A stretch of DNA of 64,000 bases from Lama guanicoe (Eukaryota). Position numbers and translations under genes: made by a program. The notes beneath the pieces are model-generated. The model made no database searches and was not told the origin of the DNA. It worked only from the letters and a program-made list of their open reading frames with translations. Below, in pieces: positions 60,205-64,000 of this stretch (position 1 is its first letter; the number at the start of each line of letters is the position of its first letter). The stretch covers positions 5,229,957-5,293,956 of the forward strand of contig MU053881.1 in NCBI GenBank assembly GCA_013239625.1, read 5' to 3'.

Positions 60205-62940
60205 GGCCCCGTGCTGTTCCTGACGCTAATTGTGAAATGTCACATCAGCTATTGAATCAAGCTTAACCCACCTGAGAAAACCCCTCTCCTTCTGAGTATT
60301 TTTGGGGAAGCTCTCTTGGCATCAGCGATCCCACAGCAGGATGGGGGCGGAGGCTGGAGTCTCTGGGAGCGCGGATGGGGACGGATTAGTCAGGAGGGCA
60401 GGGCCTGCTGCTTTCCCACCCAGTCAGATCCCGGAAGCTGAGCACTTTGAGTTCTCGAGAACCCCGTGTCTGACTGGGGCACCCGTGGAGATGGGCTCAG
60501 GACCTGAGTCCTGCATGTGCTGGGGCAACACCAGCTCTCATTTGTCCACAACCTTCCAGGCCAGGTCCATGCCACACTAAGTGCCTCCTATTACACTCTC
60601 CTTTAGTGAGGGCAGCATTGAGATCCCACTTTCCAGAAGAGGAGACCGAGGCTCAGAAAGTGTCTACCCTCTCCTCCCTACTCCATCTCTCTGGTGTCTC
60701 CTTTACTCCAACAGATCCTGCTGCGTCCTTGCAGCCCTACCTCTGGGCCTTTGCACATGCCATTCCCCCTGCCAGGAATCCCCTCATTTGTCCTTCTACC
60801 CCCTGCTTCAAGGCCAAGGTCAAGTTCCACCTTCTCCAGGATGCCTTCCCTGATTTTGGCTCCTTATGATCAACTTTTCCTTTGAACTCCCTGGACACTT
60901 GCCATTTGTACACTCATTTAACTCAGTAAATGTTTACCACACATCCACCCTGGGCCAGGCCCTGTGTTGGGCTTTGGGGGCACAAAGGTGACTCGGTCAT
61001 AGGCTGGACCAGAAGGAGCGCCCGTCCTGTCCCGCTGGGAAGGTAGGCATATGCAGATGGTGACAATGCAAAAGGAGCCAGGATTCAGGGGTGGGGGCCC
61101 CGTCACTGTGGAGGCTGGGAGGATAGAGTCCCCACCTCTCAGGGGCTGACATTCGAGCTGGGTGTGGGAGGACTCATAGGCGCTCACCTGGCCTGGAGGA
61201 AAGAAAAGATGGGAGGACAGCTGAGGTGAGGAGGAAGGAGGGAAGGGAGAAATGAAGGAAGGAGGGAGGGAGGGAGGAGGAAATGGCGGCAGGAGAAAGG
61301 ATCCAGAAGGGAATCTAAGGCACACTCAAGCCAGGGCATCTGACAGTGTTTTCAAAGGTCTGGGCCGGGTGTGGGGAAACCAACACAGCATCATGCTGGT
61401 CACTGGAAAAGCCAGTTTTACTTCTAGGCTGAAGGGGCCAGGGGACAGGTGACTTGTGGGGAGGCACCAGGTAGAAGGGCTGCTTGGGTGGAAGCACCGT
61501 AGGCAGGCAGCTGGGGAAGCGGTGCCCTGACCCCTGCCAGTCTCCTGTGGAGCGGACCCAGTTGGAAGCCATCGTGCAAGGGAGCTGCTGAGTGAGTCCT
61601 TGAGGGTCAGTCTCCCGGGGACGAGGTCAGGGAGCAGAGAGTAGAGGGCGAATCCAGACAGGCGAGGGAAGAGTGGAGGGCAGAGAGGCTCGGCTGTAGA
61701 GACCACATCCCTATCGCTCAGCTAAAACCCAGCTCAGGGCTGCACGGGGTCAGGGAAGCCTGTGTCCCTGCCCATCGAGCCCTGGATCCTTGGAAGGAAG
61801 TAGTTGTTTTCCTGGGCCCTATCTCTTTCCAGCATTGTTAAGATGTCACTAAGTGTCGACTGAAAATAGAAACACCGCCCAGGCCTGCCATGGAAACGCT
61901 TTGCCTCCCGGATGCCGCACGGGCAGACCGCCCGCCTGCAGATGGAAGTTGCTGTCACCCAGGCTTGTTCAGCCACCAGGAGAGGCCCGCGTCTCCTGAG
62001 AGCGCCCGCCCGTGTGCCAAGCCCCGGGTCACGCTCATTACAGACGGGGACATGTCACTGTCTTCTTGCACCAACTCTGGGGTGGCCTTTTCTTCCCATT
62101 TCGTAGATGGGAAGCTGAGGGTCAGGATGGTGGTTTCCTTGCTCAGGGTCACAGGTGAGTAAGTGGTGGGGCTGGTATTTGCATCTGATACCAGAAGCAG
62201 GTTTCATGAGTTTTCAAAGGAAGGACCGACCAGGAAACCAGTGAACTGAAGAACAGTTACTTTTTCACCTGCTCATCGAGCCATCCAATCAAACAATCAG
62301 AAGAGCCAACATTCCCTGAGTGGCTGCTGTGTGCCACTCTTAGTTCATCTTAATAACAATAGAAAATAGGTACACTTCGTACCTCCATTTCATCAGTCAT
62401 GAAACTGAGATTCAGAGAGGCTGAGCAACTTGCCCAAAGCCACACAGCATTGAAGAAGTGGGATCAGGACTCCAATGCCAGAGCTCCTCATGCTCCCCAG
62501 CCAGGCCATGTGCCGGGCTGTGTCAAACAGACTTGACCAACGTCTAGGCGCTGCCTTCCAGGTGCTCCTGAGAAGAATTTGGTGGCCTGTTTCTTTCTTC
62601 TTCTTTCTTTTTTTAAATTATTTTTATCGAAGTATAGTTGATTTACAAGGTGGCCTTTTTCTTAGAAAGGTTATTCAGAAAATTCAGCCTGATCACCCCT
62701 CTCTATAAACTTCCAAAGAGGCAAAGCCAAGTGGTGGTGTCCACAGAGAGGAGGAGGGCCTCACCCCACCGTGCTCGTGTGAAGCGGCAGCTCGTCCACC
62801 CTCTCTGTGGGCCTCTCCTTCCACTTCAGTGGGGAGAGGGTGCCTTGGGTGATGGTGGTGCCGATATGCGCAGCCTTGCTGAGGGTTCCTGGGGAGAGCA
62901 GAGAATGGAGGAAGCCGCCACGATTCGTCCCTCCCCAGTT

Positions 62941-63395
62941 ATTATGGGCTGAACTGTGTCCCTTTGAAATTCATATGTTGATGTCCTAACTGAGGGCCTC
63001 GAAACATGACCTTATTTGGAGATAGGGTCTTTGCAGAGGTAACCAAGTTAAAATGAGTCCATTCGGGTGGGCCCTATTCCAACATGACTGATACCCTTCT
63101 AAAAAGGGGAAATTTGGACACCGAGACAGACACAGAGGGAAAACCCACACACACAGAGAACACCATCTGAAGATGAAGACTGAGATCAGGGTGATGCCTC
63201 CAAAGCCAAGGAACACTGAATATTGCCGGTAACTGCCGGATGCTGGGAGAGGGGCCTGGAACAGATTCTCCCTCCCAGTCCCCGGAAGGAACCAACCCGC
63301 CAACACCCTGCGCTCAGCTTCCAGCCTCCATTTCTGCTGTTGAAGCCACTCAGTTTGCTGCACCTGGTTACAGCAGCCCCTAGCAGACCAGTGCA
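62941..63395 (+). mobile_element. MLT1C-like MaLR solo LTR, near full length
   Basis: tatgggctgaactgtgtccc...gaccttatttggagatagggtctttgcagaggtaa...ggaacagattctccctc...ttgaagccactcagtttg...ttacagcagcccctag...gtgca. Confidence 0.88.
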
Positions 63396-64000
63396 GCACC
63401 AGCCTTCTCTACAAGGTCTTCTTCACCAGCAATCTCAGTTTTCCCACCCGATATCTGAGCATCCCCCGGGAGGCTGTGTGAGATGGGGAGGTCGCAGGAA
63501 GAGCAAGGCTTCAAGGCCAGATCGAGCCTGCCGTGGTCCCCGGCACCAGGCAGGCAAACCTCTGAAGGCCACTTTGGAGACAGCCCTCCTTTGACAGGTG
63601 AGGAAGCGGGAAGAGGCGTCACGGGAGGGAGCATCTGCTAACAGCCTGGGAATCAGACCCGCTTCACTCCTCTTCAGGGCTCAAAGCTGTCAGAGCTGTG
63701 CCCTCTTGCTTTCCAGGAGGAATGAAAGTGAGGACTGAGGCAGAGTCACCTCCGCTGTCTGGAAGCCACAGAGGCTGGCGCACCAAGCCACTGCGGAGCC
63801 CTCAGCCGGCTGCCATCAGTGCAGCAGGACGCGCTGGGCTCAGGCCCGCCACCTACCCCACCCCCAGATTTTCACATCACTTCGTGGGCTACAAGTGAGA
63901 TGTGCCCCGTCCCTCCACAGAGCAGGGAGCCCCCAGAGAGGTGCTGAATCTTCAGCCTAGCTCTGCACCCCACTCCCCACCATACATCCCTGCTTCTCCA

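Noticed and set aside
63010..63019. Perfect CArG box CCTTATTTGG
   Set aside because: Part of the MLT1 LTR consensus as I recall it, so it is not locus-specific evidence.

Overview
Mammalian genomic DNA, very probably camelid, based on four tRNA-derived SINEs that resemble the camelid Vic-1 family. The only protein-coding sequence I can support is the 31-nt first coding exon of NEURL1B (minus strand, 5693-5723, MGNTVHRTLP plus a phase-1 GT donor), inside a CpG-island promoter (~5080-6210). Positions 1-5692 are NEURL1B intron 1. The remaining ~58 kb is upstream intergenic DNA (toward SH3PXD2B if human synteny holds, from recall). It is rich in MIR, L2, L1, MaLR/ERVL LTR and DNA-transposon relics, with several short non-repeat islands of clustered transcription-factor motifs. 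I found no evidence of a new gene system, RNA gene or CRISPR array. The best observations are: (1) an in-frame uORF just upstream of the NEURL1B start codon; (2) a SINE and an inverted L1 with an apparent 3' transduction that share a triplicated target site; (3) a three-level L1>Tigger1>SINE nest; (4) an inverted L1 with a ~280-bp duplicated inversion point; (5) candidate enhancers carrying MEIS/HOX/TCF, MEF2/E-box/AP-1 and RFX/MEF2 motifs. Repeat subfamily names come from remembered consensus sequences, not a database search, and repeat boundaries are approximate.
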